From the NCBI GenBank assembly GCA_012103315.1, contig WLWZ01000002.1, positions 71,381-135,380 of the forward strand: a stretch of DNA of 64,000 nucleotides. Reading direction: 5' to 3'. This document shows, one piece after another, positions 37,289 to 46,599 of the stretch (positions are counted from its first letter, which is position 1; every line of letters starts with the position of its first letter). The translations under genes and the position numbers were made by a program. A model generated the notes under the pieces. That model was not told where the DNA came from. It saw nothing but the letters and a program-made list of their open reading frames with translations, and did not search any database. Source of the stretch: Alphaproteobacteria bacterium (GTDB lineage: Bacteria; Pseudomonadota; Alphaproteobacteria; MPNO01; UBA2964).

Positions 37289-38275
37289 ATGAAGACGAAA
37301 GTCGTTCTAACTGTTGATACAGAACCCTCAGTCGCCGGAGCATTTGCCAATCCAAAATCAATCCCACCGCTTATTCACGAGCCGGTCTGGGGTGACGTCA
37401 ATGGCCGAAGTGAAGCACTCGGTTTCATGATCCGAACTCTATCTGATCATGGACTCACCGCGACCTTCTTTGTCGAAACCGCGCATACGAGCTACTTTTC
37501 ATCGACCCCGATGGGTACGTATGTGAATCAGCTTGCAGAGGCTGAACAAGATGTCCAACTTCATTTACATCCCGTTTGGCTAAAATTTGAGAGCGAAAAT
37601 TTTACCGTAGATCCGTCGATGGACGACCAGTGCCACCTTATTGATCGTGATCAGCTATCCGAACTGGTGAGCAGAGGAACCGATCAAATTGAGGCCTGGA
37701 CCGGACGACAACCCACATGCATGCGGACCGGAAATTTTTCAAACGACGCCAGCCTTTTTTCCACGATCCGGGATGCCGGCCTGAAATATACCTCCAATAT
37801 TTGCGCCGCCTTGCCCGCGACCGACGATCCCGCATTGCGATTGCCGGGAGGTGTTCACGAATTAGGAGGCGTGTCAGAGTTTCCTGTCACCTGCTTTATT
37901 GACCGAGGTCCAGTTGGCCGAGGGCGTCTCAGACCCTTGCAAGTCACCGCATGCGGGTTTTCTGAAACCCGCTCTATTTTAGAGCAACTCAACTCTAGTG
38001 CCGGGGAGGTCGCTATCATCGTAACGCATCCTTTCGAATTTCTTAGATTCGATGATTATAGATTTTCTAATATGCGACCCAATCGACTTGTACAGCGACG
38101 TTTCAACATGCTCTGCAAGTTCTTGGCAAACAATACGGACCGCTTCGAAACCGTCACTTTGGAAGAGGCTGGTCAGTCACTCAATCCAGGCCAACAAGTA
38201 CCACAGCTTGTAGGCAACCCTGCTCTGGCAATTCTGCGGGCTGCACAAAACGTCGTCTATGACCGACTTGCATAA
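37289..38275 (+). CDS. Polysaccharide-deacetylase-like (glycoside hydrolase/deacetylase fold) protein
   Basis: VVLTVDTEPS..., GLTATFFVE and LHLHPVW segments resemble divergent NodB/deacetylase-fold proteins. The assignment is tentative. Confidence 0.5.
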   Translation: MKTKVVLTVDTEPSVAGAFANPKSIPPLIHEPVWGDVNGRSEALGFMIRTLSDHGLTATFFVETAHTSYFSSTPMGTYVNQLAEAEQDVQLHLHPVWLKFESENFTVDPSMDDQCHLIDRDQLSELVSRGTDQIEAWTGRQPTCMRTGNFSNDASLFSTIRDAGLKYTSNICAALPATDDPALRLPGGVHELGGVSEFPVTCFIDRGPVGRGRLRPLQVTACGFSETRSILEQLNSSAGEVAIIVTHPFEFLRFDDYRFSNMRPNRLVQRRFNMLCKFLANNTDRFETVTLEEAGQSLNPGQQVPQLVGNPALAILRAAQNVVYDRLA

Positions 38276-39533
38276 TTCTTTTGAGTCGCCATCACAACTG
38301 AGTGCGGACGCGGTCGGGCAGACCGTAATATTGCTCGGAACGGATACGCCTATTGGCTTGGCTGTGATGCGTGATCTCGGCCGGCACGGCCATGCCGTCA
38401 TTGGGATTGGCAGAGATTCTAACGCTCTGGCCGGGACCTCTCGTTATTGCACCGCCCATTTCGTACGCGATGTCGGTGAAGACGCTTTAATTACCCAAAT
38501 CGGTCAACTCGCAGATCAATTTCATGCTTCATATCTACTTGCGATCAGCGAATCCGATCTTACGCTCATCAATCGGCATCGGGATTCGTTGCAGCAATTT
38601 CTGACACCCCTTACGCCAACGGCGGATGCTTTGGCAAAAGTTTTAGATAAACCAACCTGTCAATCGATCGCAGGGGAAGTCGGGCTTAGCTATCCGGTGA
38701 CATATTCTCCACGATCTGTCACCGACCTTGCGGGCATGACCAATCTGCCCTTCCCCGCAGTATTGAAGTGGGCCGACCCAAACGAGGTCGCTCCAGCACT
38801 CGCCGCGGCGGGGCTAGAATTGGAGAAAGCCCGGATCGTTTTGAATCGGGCCGAGTTGGATGAATATATCGCGCGGTTTGAGCCAATTGGACAACTTCCA
38901 ATGATCCAGGAATATTGCCACGGCCATGGGATTGGGCACATGTTCCTGGCGCGCGATGGTGAGATTCTATTCGAATTTCAACACGAACGTATTCACGAAT
39001 GGCCACCCGAGGGCGGCGTCTCAGCGTTATGTCGTTCGATGCCGTTGGAAGAAGAGGTAGAAGCCAGAAGGCAATCCCGGAAATTAATCAACCACCTTCG
39101 ATGGACTGGCGTGGCGATGGTTGAATACAGATTTGATCCCGACAGAAAGACATGGAAATTCCTCGAAATTAACGGTCGTTTCTGGGGTAGTTTACCGCTG
39201 GCTGTTGCAGTAAATGTTCCCTTTGCATCAAGCTTGGTCTCCGCTATCGGCGAGAACCAGAAAATTCCAAATTTTCAACAAAATTATCCAAATCGGTTTT
39301 GTATGTTCTGGATACCCGAAACAAAACGCCTGATGCGTATTTTATTTCGGCCGAAACTGATTTCAGATCCACATTTTAGGGTACGACCTTTTGCTGAACT
39401 CGCCAGCTATCTTTCTTATCTCCTAAGACCTAGTACTCAATTCTACGTCTTTACCCGGGACGACCCTCGACCCTTCTTTCGCGACATGATGTCGGTTGGC
39501 AAAAAAGTGATTAACGGTTTGTTGCGTCGTTAA
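38259..39533 (+). CDS. ATP-grasp carboxylate-amine ligase-type enzyme
   Basis: Pre-ATP-grasp Rossmann-like N-terminus (VILLGTDTPIGLAVMRDLGRHGHAVIG), then FPAVLKW, MIQEYC.G and LEINGRFWGSLPLAV, typical of 'predicted ATP-grasp enzyme' proteins. 17-nt overlap with the upstream gene. Confidence 0.75.
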   Translation: MTDLHNSFESPSQLSADAVGQTVILLGTDTPIGLAVMRDLGRHGHAVIGIGRDSNALAGTSRYCTAHFVRDVGEDALITQIGQLADQFHASYLLAISESDLTLINRHRDSLQQFLTPLTPTADALAKVLDKPTCQSIAGEVGLSYPVTYSPRSVTDLAGMTNLPFPAVLKWADPNEVAPALAAAGLELEKARIVLNRAELDEYIARFEPIGQLPMIQEYCHGHGIGHMFLARDGEILFEFQHERIHEWPPEGGVSALCRSMPLEEEVEARRQSRKLINHLRWTGVAMVEYRFDPDRKTWKFLEINGRFWGSLPLAVAVNVPFASSLVSAIGENQKIPNFQQNYPNRFCMFWIPETKRLMRILFRPKLISDPHFRVRPFAELASYLSYLLRPSTQFYVFTRDDPRPFFRDMMSVGKKVINGLLRR

Positions 39534-40101
39534 CGGACAAATTTTCCAGGGCTTCCTCTCGAAGGCGGATGATAGCATTGGCGATCCGCCCGAAACAGGT
39601 AGCGTAATAATCAGCGGTCAACTTGTAGGGGTCATAAAGGAGCGCAAAACGCGGACGACTCCAGAGTCCGAGTAGAGCCATTTGTACGTCCTTGTTTGCG
39701 ACAAGAGTGTGGAGGGCCCGTATATGACGGTCTTCCATAACCAGCAAGAGGTCACCATCAAGGATCGAAAACTCGTCAACATCCGTTGCTTTATGTTCAC
39801 GAAGCTCTACGTCGAATTTCCGTGCCACCAAGGTAGCCATCTCATCCGCTGGAGCCCCAGTGCTCGTCGATAACCCGAAAGACACAACAGGAATTCGGTC
39901 TTCCATCTTTTCGTACAATCGATGCGCGAACGGACTCCGACAGATATTGCCATGACATATAAATACGAGACGTCGAACTTGTGTCCAATCGACGACGCCG
40001 TATTTGCGATAGGGGCCAAAAAACCAAATCAGATTTGCGAGTCCCGCGCGTATCAAACCACGGTGTGTTCCATAGCGTCGATCGATAAAGCTAAATTTCA
40101 T
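39511..40101 (-). CDS. Low-molecular-weight protein-tyrosine phosphatase-like protein with a ~45-aa N-terminal extension
   Basis: CX5R(S/T) P-loop (ICHGNICRSP) and a DPY general-acid loop (LYDPYK). The 3' end overlaps the convergent ATP-grasp gene by 23 nt. Confidence 0.8.
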   Translation of the reverse strand: MKFSFIDRRYGTHRGLIRAGLANLIWFFGPYRKYGVVDWTQVRRLVFICHGNICRSPFAHRLYEKMEDRIPVVSFGLSTSTGAPADEMATLVARKFDVELREHKATDVDEFSILDGDLLLVMEDRHIRALHTLVANKDVQMALLGLWSRPRFALLYDPYKLTADYYATCFGRIANAIIRLREEALENLSVNDATNR

Positions 40102-40205
40102 TTGACTGATCGAAATTTCAACAAAACTTGCTGTCCGCTTTCGCTCCGTTGAATATTCCCCACTTACGTGGAATCGCGCCGGGAGCTGGCCGGTTCCGTC
40201 ACAAT

Positions 40206-41786
40206 CTAGTCCGCCGCAGCTGTCTGGCGCGCCCGATAGGACGTCCAGGCCCGAAAGATCACGACGGCCGCACCAATAATCAAAAAGATAGGCGCAAAGG
40301 AGAACTTGCCTTGATATGAGAAACTCATGAACACAAGGAATCCGTTATCCGAAATGATCATCGACTGACGAAACGCCTCTTCCATACTGGAAGTCAGGAC
40401 AAAGGCGATGATGAATGCCGCGGCAGAAAAATTCGTGCGCCGCATTACATAGCCGATAACACCAAAGAGCAGCGCAAACCCGACATCCCAGATGGAGGCT
40501 CGTGAGGAATAGCTAGCAGCCAAAGCAATTAACAAAATGGTGGGGTATAGATAGCGTGTCGGCAGGATGGCGATGACGCGTCCAATGTAGGAGGCCGCGA
40601 AATAACCAATCAAGGCGTAGCACGCTATACCAATGAGCCCGGCAGCAAAAACACCAAAAATAAACTCGCGCGGACTGATCAGCTTGCCACCCATAAACAG
40701 CGGCGGCTCCGTTGCAAAAATCGAGGGGCCCGGCTGCAAACCGTTCACCAGGAACATACCGATCAACACCGCAGCAATTGTCGAGCCAGGAATACCCAGG
40801 GTCAAAAGCGGAATCATTGATGGCCCGGATACAGCGTTGTTAGCAGATTCCGGCGCCGCGATGCCTTCGACAATACCCGTGCCCCATTTCTCTTTATTTT
40901 TGGCTCTCCGTTTTTCTTCACCATAGGCAACGAAACAGGCGACAGAAGAGCCGAGCCCAGGCATCATTCCGATCAATGATCCATATATAGAGGACCGGAA
41001 CATAAGCGGTATGCAGCGTTTAAACTCTTCCCAGGTAAAATAATGCGCCGTCGGATCGTCGACACCATCACTTCCGGCCTCGATCATTTTTACCTTTGCA
41101 ATTTTCTCAGCCTGAACAATGACTTCAGAAATCACAAACACGCCGATCAAAAGCGGGACCAGCGCCATGCCCGATTCAAGCTCATCGATTCCCATCGTCA
41201 TTTTAAACTGGCCGGTAATGACATCCTCGCCAATCAGGGCTATTGCCGCGCCAAATAGGGTCGACACAATTCCCTTAATAATGCTGTCGGCAACGACAGA
41301 TCCGATGACGACAAACGCCATGAGGTAGATCGTAAAGTTCTCGGGCGGACCAAATTTCCGCGTAAAGGTCGCGATAGCAACCGCCCCGAAAATCAAAACT
41401 ATTTCGCCGAAATAATCACCGTAAGCGGACGCAATGGTTGCGGTCTTGAGCGCCTTGCCGGCACGTCCCGACTGAGTCATCGGATAGCCGTCCTGCATGG
41501 TTGCCGCTGAAGCAGCGGTGCCGGGCGTATTAAACAGGATCGCGGCAATTGACCCGCCATATCGGCCGGATTTTCCGAGCACGTAGAGAAAGGCTAAACC
41601 GGCGAGCCCCCCGATCTGTTCGTTATAGGCAATCAGAATTGGCAGCATCATCGCGATGGCGGCGGCGGCCGTTAATCCCGGCAGGGCGCCAAATATGATA
41701 CCCACAAATGCTGCCAGAACAACAAACCAGATTGCGTATGGATCATTGAAAAGGGTTACAAAGCCGCCAAAAATATCTTCAAACAT
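40206..41786 (-). CDS. tctA: Tripartite tricarboxylate transporter large permease TctA
   Basis: About 500-aa polytopic protein with TctA-like segments (GALPGLTAAAAIAMMLP, GMMPGLGSSVA...AYGEEKR). Confidence 0.9.
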   Translation of the reverse strand: MFEDIFGGFVTLFNDPYAIWFVVLAAFVGIIFGALPGLTAAAAIAMMLPILIAYNEQIGGLAGLAFLYVLGKSGRYGGSIAAILFNTPGTAASAATMQDGYPMTQSGRAGKALKTATIASAYGDYFGEIVLIFGAVAIATFTRKFGPPENFTIYLMAFVVIGSVVADSIIKGIVSTLFGAAIALIGEDVITGQFKMTMGIDELESGMALVPLLIGVFVISEVIVQAEKIAKVKMIEAGSDGVDDPTAHYFTWEEFKRCIPLMFRSSIYGSLIGMMPGLGSSVACFVAYGEEKRRAKNKEKWGTGIVEGIAAPESANNAVSGPSMIPLLTLGIPGSTIAAVLIGMFLVNGLQPGPSIFATEPPLFMGGKLISPREFIFGVFAAGLIGIACYALIGYFAASYIGRVIAILPTRYLYPTILLIALAASYSSRASIWDVGFALLFGVIGYVMRRTNFSAAAFIIAFVLTSSMEEAFRQSMIISDNGFLVFMSFSYQGKFSFAPIFLIIGAAVVIFRAWTSYRARQTAAAD

Positions 41787-41795
41787 CGTCGTCCA

Positions 41796-42311
41796 CTAAC
41801 CCTTCATCCAATCCGTATAAGGGCGTAGATCAACGAAAAAACCCTTTGGGTCACTTAGCAGCATCACGCCCATAAACACCCATTGGAAAATAATGGCCAT
41901 AATGATCGCGCAAGCAATCATTCCGACCCAGTTCCGATTGCCAAAGGCGTAAAGAGTCACGACGAAGGCAGTGATCAATGCGACGAAATAGCCAAACCCC
42001 CAGAACATAAATATTAAAAGGACACCGCACCCGATAACTTCCACTATTCGCTTAATGTTGCTATCGAGGAAGCCGTAGCCATCCCGCAAATCACCAGCAC
42101 GATCAAGAAAGGCTCTCAGGGCGAGCCAAACACCAGAAATGATGAGGGAAACGGCCAACATCAACGGCATGGTTCTCGGACCAATGGCCTCTTTCGACGT
42201 TTCAATCGTCATCGCCAGGAAGAAGAAGAAAACGCCAATCAGGAAAACGACCAGACTGACCCAATACTCGACTTTTATTTTGTATTGATGTTGGTCCACA
42301 ATCGGAAACAT
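41796..42311 (-). CDS. tctB: Tripartite tricarboxylate transporter small permease TctB
   Basis: Four-TM, 171-aa protein between tctC and tctA. Confidence 0.8.
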   Translation of the reverse strand: MFPIVDQHQYKIKVEYWVSLVVFLIGVFFFFLAMTIETSKEAIGPRTMPLMLAVSLIISGVWLALRAFLDRAGDLRDGYGFLDSNIKRIVEVIGCGVLLIFMFWGFGYFVALITAFVVTLYAFGNRNWVGMIACAIIMAIIFQWVFMGVMLLSDPKGFFVDLRPYTDWMKG

Positions 42312-42386
42312 CTATTTATTTAAATGAATTCGAAACAAAAAAAGGGGCAAGCACGATTTCGGCTTGCCCCCTTCCTTAAGCAATCC

Positions 42387-43364
42387 TTATCGGGCTGCCA
42401 GGATTTTCTTGATGACCGGGCCCATCGCTTTATACATCGCACCCTGTGCAGCTGTTGCCGCAGCAGAATCTGTATAGAACGAAGCCAGGCTGTTCTTTTT
42501 CATGTACTTTTTATAGCCTTTGAGACCCGCGATATGCTTGATCGCAGCGCCCACCTTAGTTTTCACTTCAGCGGAAACGCCTTTCTTCCCGAACAGGCAC
42601 ATAAGACCGGTGAATTCAATGCCGGATGTACCTTGCTCTCCGAAGGTTGGCAGTTTACGGGCCATGGCGTCGCGTTTGGCGCCAGCGGATGCCAACGCCC
42701 GGATGTCGTCTTCAAAACCGACCAACGTATTCACGCCGCCCAAGACAACTTCAACAGATTTCGACACCAGCGCAGCACGTGCCTTGGAACCACCTTTGAA
42801 CGGTACCTTTTTATGCGCAATACCGTGCCCATCAAAGAAGATATGGCCGATGGTCGCATGCATGGTCGCCGCACCAGACGTTCCCCATGTAATTGTTTTG
42901 CCGGATTTTTTGGCATTCGCGATGAAATCTTTCATCGTTTTCGCGGGATTGGAGGCGTGCACCTGAAGCGAGGTGACGAGCTGAGACGCACAGCCCAGGT
43001 TCACGAAGGCGTCCGGAATATGGTAGGGGCGCTTTTTACCCTTGGCCAACTCACCGGCAATGAATGTTCCGATGTTGATCATATAAAGCGTATGACCATC
43101 GGCTTTTTCACCTAATACCATTTTCGCGGCCTTCTGGCCGGATGCACCGGGCTGGTTGACGATATATGCCGGTTTGCCGCCCATGCTGGGCGCTTCATGC
43201 ATATAAGATGCAAAGCCCCGAGCCGTCGTGTCTGTACCACCACCGGCAGAAAAGCCGACCATGATTTTAACGGGCTTTGATGGGTATTCAGCATTTGCAG
43301 CAGTGCTGGTCATCGCGACTGCCGCCGCGGCAATACCTGCCGCGAGTGTGGTTACTTTCCTCAT
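42387..43364 (-). CDS. tctC: Tripartite tricarboxylate transporter substrate-binding protein TctC (Bug family)
   Basis: Signal peptide plus the GFSAGGGTDTTARGFA motif. Start set at ATG 43364 with GAGGA upstream. Confidence 0.88.
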   Translation of the reverse strand: MRKVTTLAAGIAAAAVAMTSTAANAEYPSKPVKIMVGFSAGGGTDTTARGFASYMHEAPSMGGKPAYIVNQPGASGQKAAKMVLGEKADGHTLYMINIGTFIAGELAKGKKRPYHIPDAFVNLGCASQLVTSLQVHASNPAKTMKDFIANAKKSGKTITWGTSGAATMHATIGHIFFDGHGIAHKKVPFKGGSKARAALVSKSVEVVLGGVNTLVGFEDDIRALASAGAKRDAMARKLPTFGEQGTSGIEFTGLMCLFGKKGVSAEVKTKVGAAIKHIAGLKGYKKYMKKNSLASFYTDSAAATAAQGAMYKAMGPVIKKILAAR

Positions 43365-43522
43365 TAAATTCATCCTCAAAAATTGTTTTTGATAAATTTT
43401 AGCGCAAACCCCAGACATATAACCTCAAAACGCGGAACGTGAAATAGCTAAATAGGAAAGTCCTGTCTCAACGCGTTTCCTGAACAACAGAACACCTTGC
43501 GCTTACACGCGTCCGATAAAGT

Positions 43523-44881
43523 TCATTCCATCTTGTTGGTGGTCGCCAAAACGTCATCGACGATGTCGCCCGCCGCGCCGACATAGGTTCGCGGGTCGGC
43601 CAGGACCATAATCTCGTCCTCACCCAACACTGCGCGTACATCAGCCATCCCTTTCAACACCTCGGGTAGCGGCGTATTCGTTTCGATAACACGGACACAG
43701 GCCTCATCAATAAGGCGGCGCGCTTCGCCCTTGCTGATCTTGGTCGCCAAAGCCAGGGTATAGCGCTCGGTCAAGACCAACCCCTTGCTGGCGTTGATGT
43801 TGTCCATCATCTTGTTGGAATGAACCTCTAGGCGCTGCAGAAGTTCTACTGCCCAAGCGAGAGCACCGGAGGTCAACAAGAAGGTTTCAGGCACCAACAT
43901 CCATTCCGCAATCCAGGTGCCGCCGCATCGGTCGTGATCCTGCCCCATGACTTCCAATATACCCGCAGCGCGTTGGCGCCCAAGACGGGCTGTCGCTTCG
44001 GCAAACTCGGCAGCCCTTGGATTGCGCTTATGGGCCATGCTTGAACTGCGGCCCCGTCCCTCCGCCCCGGCTTTCGAAACTTCTGCAATATCGCTGCCCG
44101 CCAAGTGGTTCAGGTTTTGCGCATTTCGAGCCAGCGACGCGCATAGATTGCTGAGACAAAGCATCACCTCCGCCATCGAATCGCGCGCGTTATGCCAGTT
44201 GCTCTGTATTGTCCCAAGGCCCAGTTCCTGCGCCAGGGCAGCACGGAAGTCGAGGCCTTCGGGGTGTAGGGAAGCCAGGGTCCCCACAGCACCGCCCAAC
44301 TGGACCACAAGCACGCGCTCACGGGCAGCTTCGAATCGCGCTTCATGACGCAGCATTTCCTCTAACCAGGTAGCGAGCTTGGCGCCGAAGGTGGTTGGTT
44401 GAGCGTGTAGGTTATTGGTTCTGGCAATCATCGTTGTGTCGCGATGTTCGGCAGCCAAATCTTTCAAGCCTTCGCGGTATCGCCGCGTACCGGTGAGGAT
44501 TTCATCCAGGCCGTCGCGAAGCTGCAGCACCTTGGCTGTGTCCATTACATCGTAAGTTGTTAAGCCGTAATGGAGCCATTGGGCGCAATCGTCATCTACC
44601 TGTTCTGCGAGCTGCTTCACAAGGCCAACCACCGGCCTTCCAACCTCTAACGTGTCTTCGCGCAGACGTTGGAGATCGAGTTTGTCCGCCGAAATTCGAT
44701 CAACGATCTGGCGTGCTGCTTTATCGGGGATGATTTCCAAATCGCCTTGCACCTTGGCGACCGCGCGCTCGAACTCGACCATGCGCTGAAGCGTCGCCAC
44801 CTCGCCAAAAATATTTTCCATCGCCTCGGCACTGAACAGCTGGCGATAAATAGTCCAATCAAATAACGAAACAGCGCTCAT
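43523..44881 (-). CDS. Adenylosuccinate lyase / 3-carboxy-cis,cis-muconate cycloisomerase (PcaB)-like class II fumarase-family lyase
   Basis: N-terminal LF....Y..LFS...M...F.....LQ.M..FE.A.A and the signature loop GSSSMAHKRNP. Confidence 0.8.
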   Translation of the reverse strand: MSAVSLFDWTIYRQLFSAEAMENIFGEVATLQRMVEFERAVAKVQGDLEIIPDKAARQIVDRISADKLDLQRLREDTLEVGRPVVGLVKQLAEQVDDDCAQWLHYGLTTYDVMDTAKVLQLRDGLDEILTGTRRYREGLKDLAAEHRDTTMIARTNNLHAQPTTFGAKLATWLEEMLRHEARFEAARERVLVVQLGGAVGTLASLHPEGLDFRAALAQELGLGTIQSNWHNARDSMAEVMLCLSNLCASLARNAQNLNHLAGSDIAEVSKAGAEGRGRSSSMAHKRNPRAAEFAEATARLGRQRAAGILEVMGQDHDRCGGTWIAEWMLVPETFLLTSGALAWAVELLQRLEVHSNKMMDNINASKGLVLTERYTLALATKISKGEARRLIDEACVRVIETNTPLPEVLKGMADVRAVLGEDEIMVLADPRTYVGAAGDIVDDVLATTNKME

Positions 44882-44935
44882 CGAGTCGAAACTCCCAGTA
44901 GACTTTGTTGATCTTTCAACATGTGGTGCGCTCGT

Positions 44936-45745
44936 TTACTTGCCTTTGAAGTCGGGTTTGCGTTTCTCCATAAAGGCTTTGCGGCCTTCGACATAATCTT
45001 CGGAGGCAAAGCAGGCACCCACCATCTCATCACAGCGTGCGAAATCCCGAGCGGATTGATCACGGTGCATCACTTGCGTCGTGATAAATTTCATAGAGCC
45101 GATTGTCAGCGGCGCGTTTCCCGCAATTGTTGCCGCAAGTTCATCGACCCGTTCAGAAAGCGCCTCTTCGTCAACAACTTCTTGCAGCAAGCCGAGGCGA
45201 AGGGCTGTCTCAGCATCAATGGGTTTTGCCGTAAACATCATCTGTTTTGCCGTCGCAGCGCCGACTGCGTTTACAAGACGTCGAATGGCATCGAACGGAT
45301 ATCCCAGAGCAAGTTTCGCGGCCGGCATGGCAAAACGTGATTTGGCCGAGGCGATGCGGATATCGGCGCAAGCGGCAAGGTTCAATCCGCCTCCGATACA
45401 ATGGCCGTCGATCTTGGCGATCGTGGGCTTGAGATAATTTTCGATGGTTTCGTAGACCACACTGAGTCTGGCATTATAATGCTCCGTTGCTTCCTTCGAA
45501 CCCCGCTCCTTCTCGAATTTGGAGATATCGGCTCCTGATACAAAGGATTTGCCACCTGCACCCGACAAAATTACGACCCGGATTTGATCGTCCTCGGCAA
45601 AGGTCGAAAGGGCGACCTCGACTGCATCCCACATTTCCAGGGAAACGGCATTGTGGCACTCCGGATTGTTAAAAATCACGTGCCCTAGGAAACCATCCGC
45701 TTTGGCGATGACCTTGTCGGTTGACAGAGTAAGATCGGTGGTCAT
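44936..45745 (-). CDS. Enoyl-CoA hydratase/isomerase (crotonase) family protein
   Basis: Crotonase fold motifs (VVILSGAGGKSFVSGADI, DGHCIGGGL.LA..CD.RIA). Confidence 0.88.
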   Translation of the reverse strand: MTTDLTLSTDKVIAKADGFLGHVIFNNPECHNAVSLEMWDAVEVALSTFAEDDQIRVVILSGAGGKSFVSGADISKFEKERGSKEATEHYNARLSVVYETIENYLKPTIAKIDGHCIGGGLNLAACADIRIASAKSRFAMPAAKLALGYPFDAIRRLVNAVGAATAKQMMFTAKPIDAETALRLGLLQEVVDEEALSERVDELAATIAGNAPLTIGSMKFITTQVMHRDQSARDFARCDEMVGACFASEDYVEGRKAFMEKRKPDFKGK

Positions 45746-46023
45746 TTTGATATCCCTTTAATATTCCGCCAGCCGCCGGCTTTAAGCCGCAGTTCAGCCT
45801 AATCAACTCCCGGGAAGCTGCACCGGCCAGGCCACGACATGCGTCTCTCCGAATAGAGCGACCACCAATGGTTGGGCAGCACCTACAGATCATAGAATAT
45901 TTCGTCGATTCGCTAAATAAGACCGCACAAATCCGGGACACTATCGTTCCAGAGGACTTCTCGAACATACGCCACCTTTGGCGACAGTTTCTCAAAATGG
46001 ACAAGGGTTTTCTGAGGTTTGTT

Positions 46024-46099
46024 TGGTGGAGGTAAGCGGAATCGAACCGCTGACCTTCTGATTGCGAACCAGACGCTCTCCCAACTGAGCTATACCCCC
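46024..46099 (-). tRNA. tRNA-Ala (anticodon CGC)
   Basis: The reverse strand reads GGGGGTATAGCTCAGTTGGGAGAGCGTCTGGTTCGCAATCAGAAGGTCAGCGGTTCGATTCCGCTTACCTCCACCA. It folds as a cloverleaf with the G3:U70 alanine identity pair, anticodon loop TTCGCAA and an encoded CCA end. Confidence 0.95.
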
Positions 46100-46275
46100 A
46101 CCGGAACGGCTGGAATGTGCTTTTTGATGCTCTTAATGTCAAGAAATTCGAATGCGCTGTTGGGAACCGGATATCAGCCTATTCTTGAACTGAGTCAGCC
46201 GGGTCGTTAGGATTTGCGCAACTGTCGCGGGCCTAGTCTGCGCATCCATAAAATGTCCCGCGGAGTTCCAAAATT

Positions 46276-46578
46276 ATGATCATTATCGACCCCCTTATTC
46301 GCGTCGCGATCATTGCTGTTGATCTCTATATCTGGGTGATCATTATCGGGGCAATCCTGAGCTGGCTCGTCGCCTTTAACATTATCAATACGACCAACCA
46401 GTTTGTTTATACGATCATCGATTTTTTGTACCGGATCACCGAACCCGCTTTGCGGCCCATCCGAAAAATTATGCCTAATTTAGGTGGAATCGATATTTCA
46501 CCCATCGTGCTCATCCTGGCGCTGATCTTCCTGCAGATGGTGCTCGGTAATGTTCACCGCGCTTTGCTGACCAGCTAA
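46276..46578 (+). CDS. YggT-family membrane protein
   Basis: 100-aa two-TM protein with YggT-like sequence (ILSWL..FN.IN..N.....I......EP.L.P.R...P..GG.D.SP). Confidence 0.85.
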   Translation: MIIIDPLIRVAIIAVDLYIWVIIIGAILSWLVAFNIINTTNQFVYTIIDFLYRITEPALRPIRKIMPNLGGIDISPIVLILALIFLQMVLGNVHRALLTS

Positions 46579-46599
46579 CACAAGCTCTGGACCACTTTA

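Noticed and set aside
36781-37317. 178-aa ORF bridging the transglutaminase-like and deacetylase-fold genes
   Set aside because: It overlaps both neighbours out of frame, has no Shine-Dalgarno and has an odd composition. It is probably non-coding.
36080-39533. Classical lasso-peptide or microviridin-type RiPP cluster
   Set aside because: There is no asparagine-synthetase-like lasso cyclase. The transglutaminase-like protein is membrane-anchored and larger than lasso B proteins. The ATP-grasp has the large 'predicted ATP-grasp enzyme' architecture rather than the compact RimK-like graspetide ligase. No convincing precursor gene with an RBS is present. Only the weak micro-ORF note is retained.
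42324-43115. 263-aa plus-strand ORF opposite tctC; similarly 1315-2007 opposite the LigB-like gene and 52860-53501 opposite an amidohydrolase
   Set aside because: These are antisense shadows of well-supported genes. None has a family motif or ribosome-binding site.
46024-46099. tRNA-Ala as an integration hotspot for a genomic island
   Set aside because: No integrase, no direct repeat of the tRNA 3' end that I could find nearby, and both flanks (crotonase, YggT/folD) look like core genes of normal composition.
45669-46142. 157-aa minus-strand ORF covering the tRNA-Ala gene
   Set aside because: It reads through a bona fide tRNA (the translation contains the tRNA sequence), so it is spurious.
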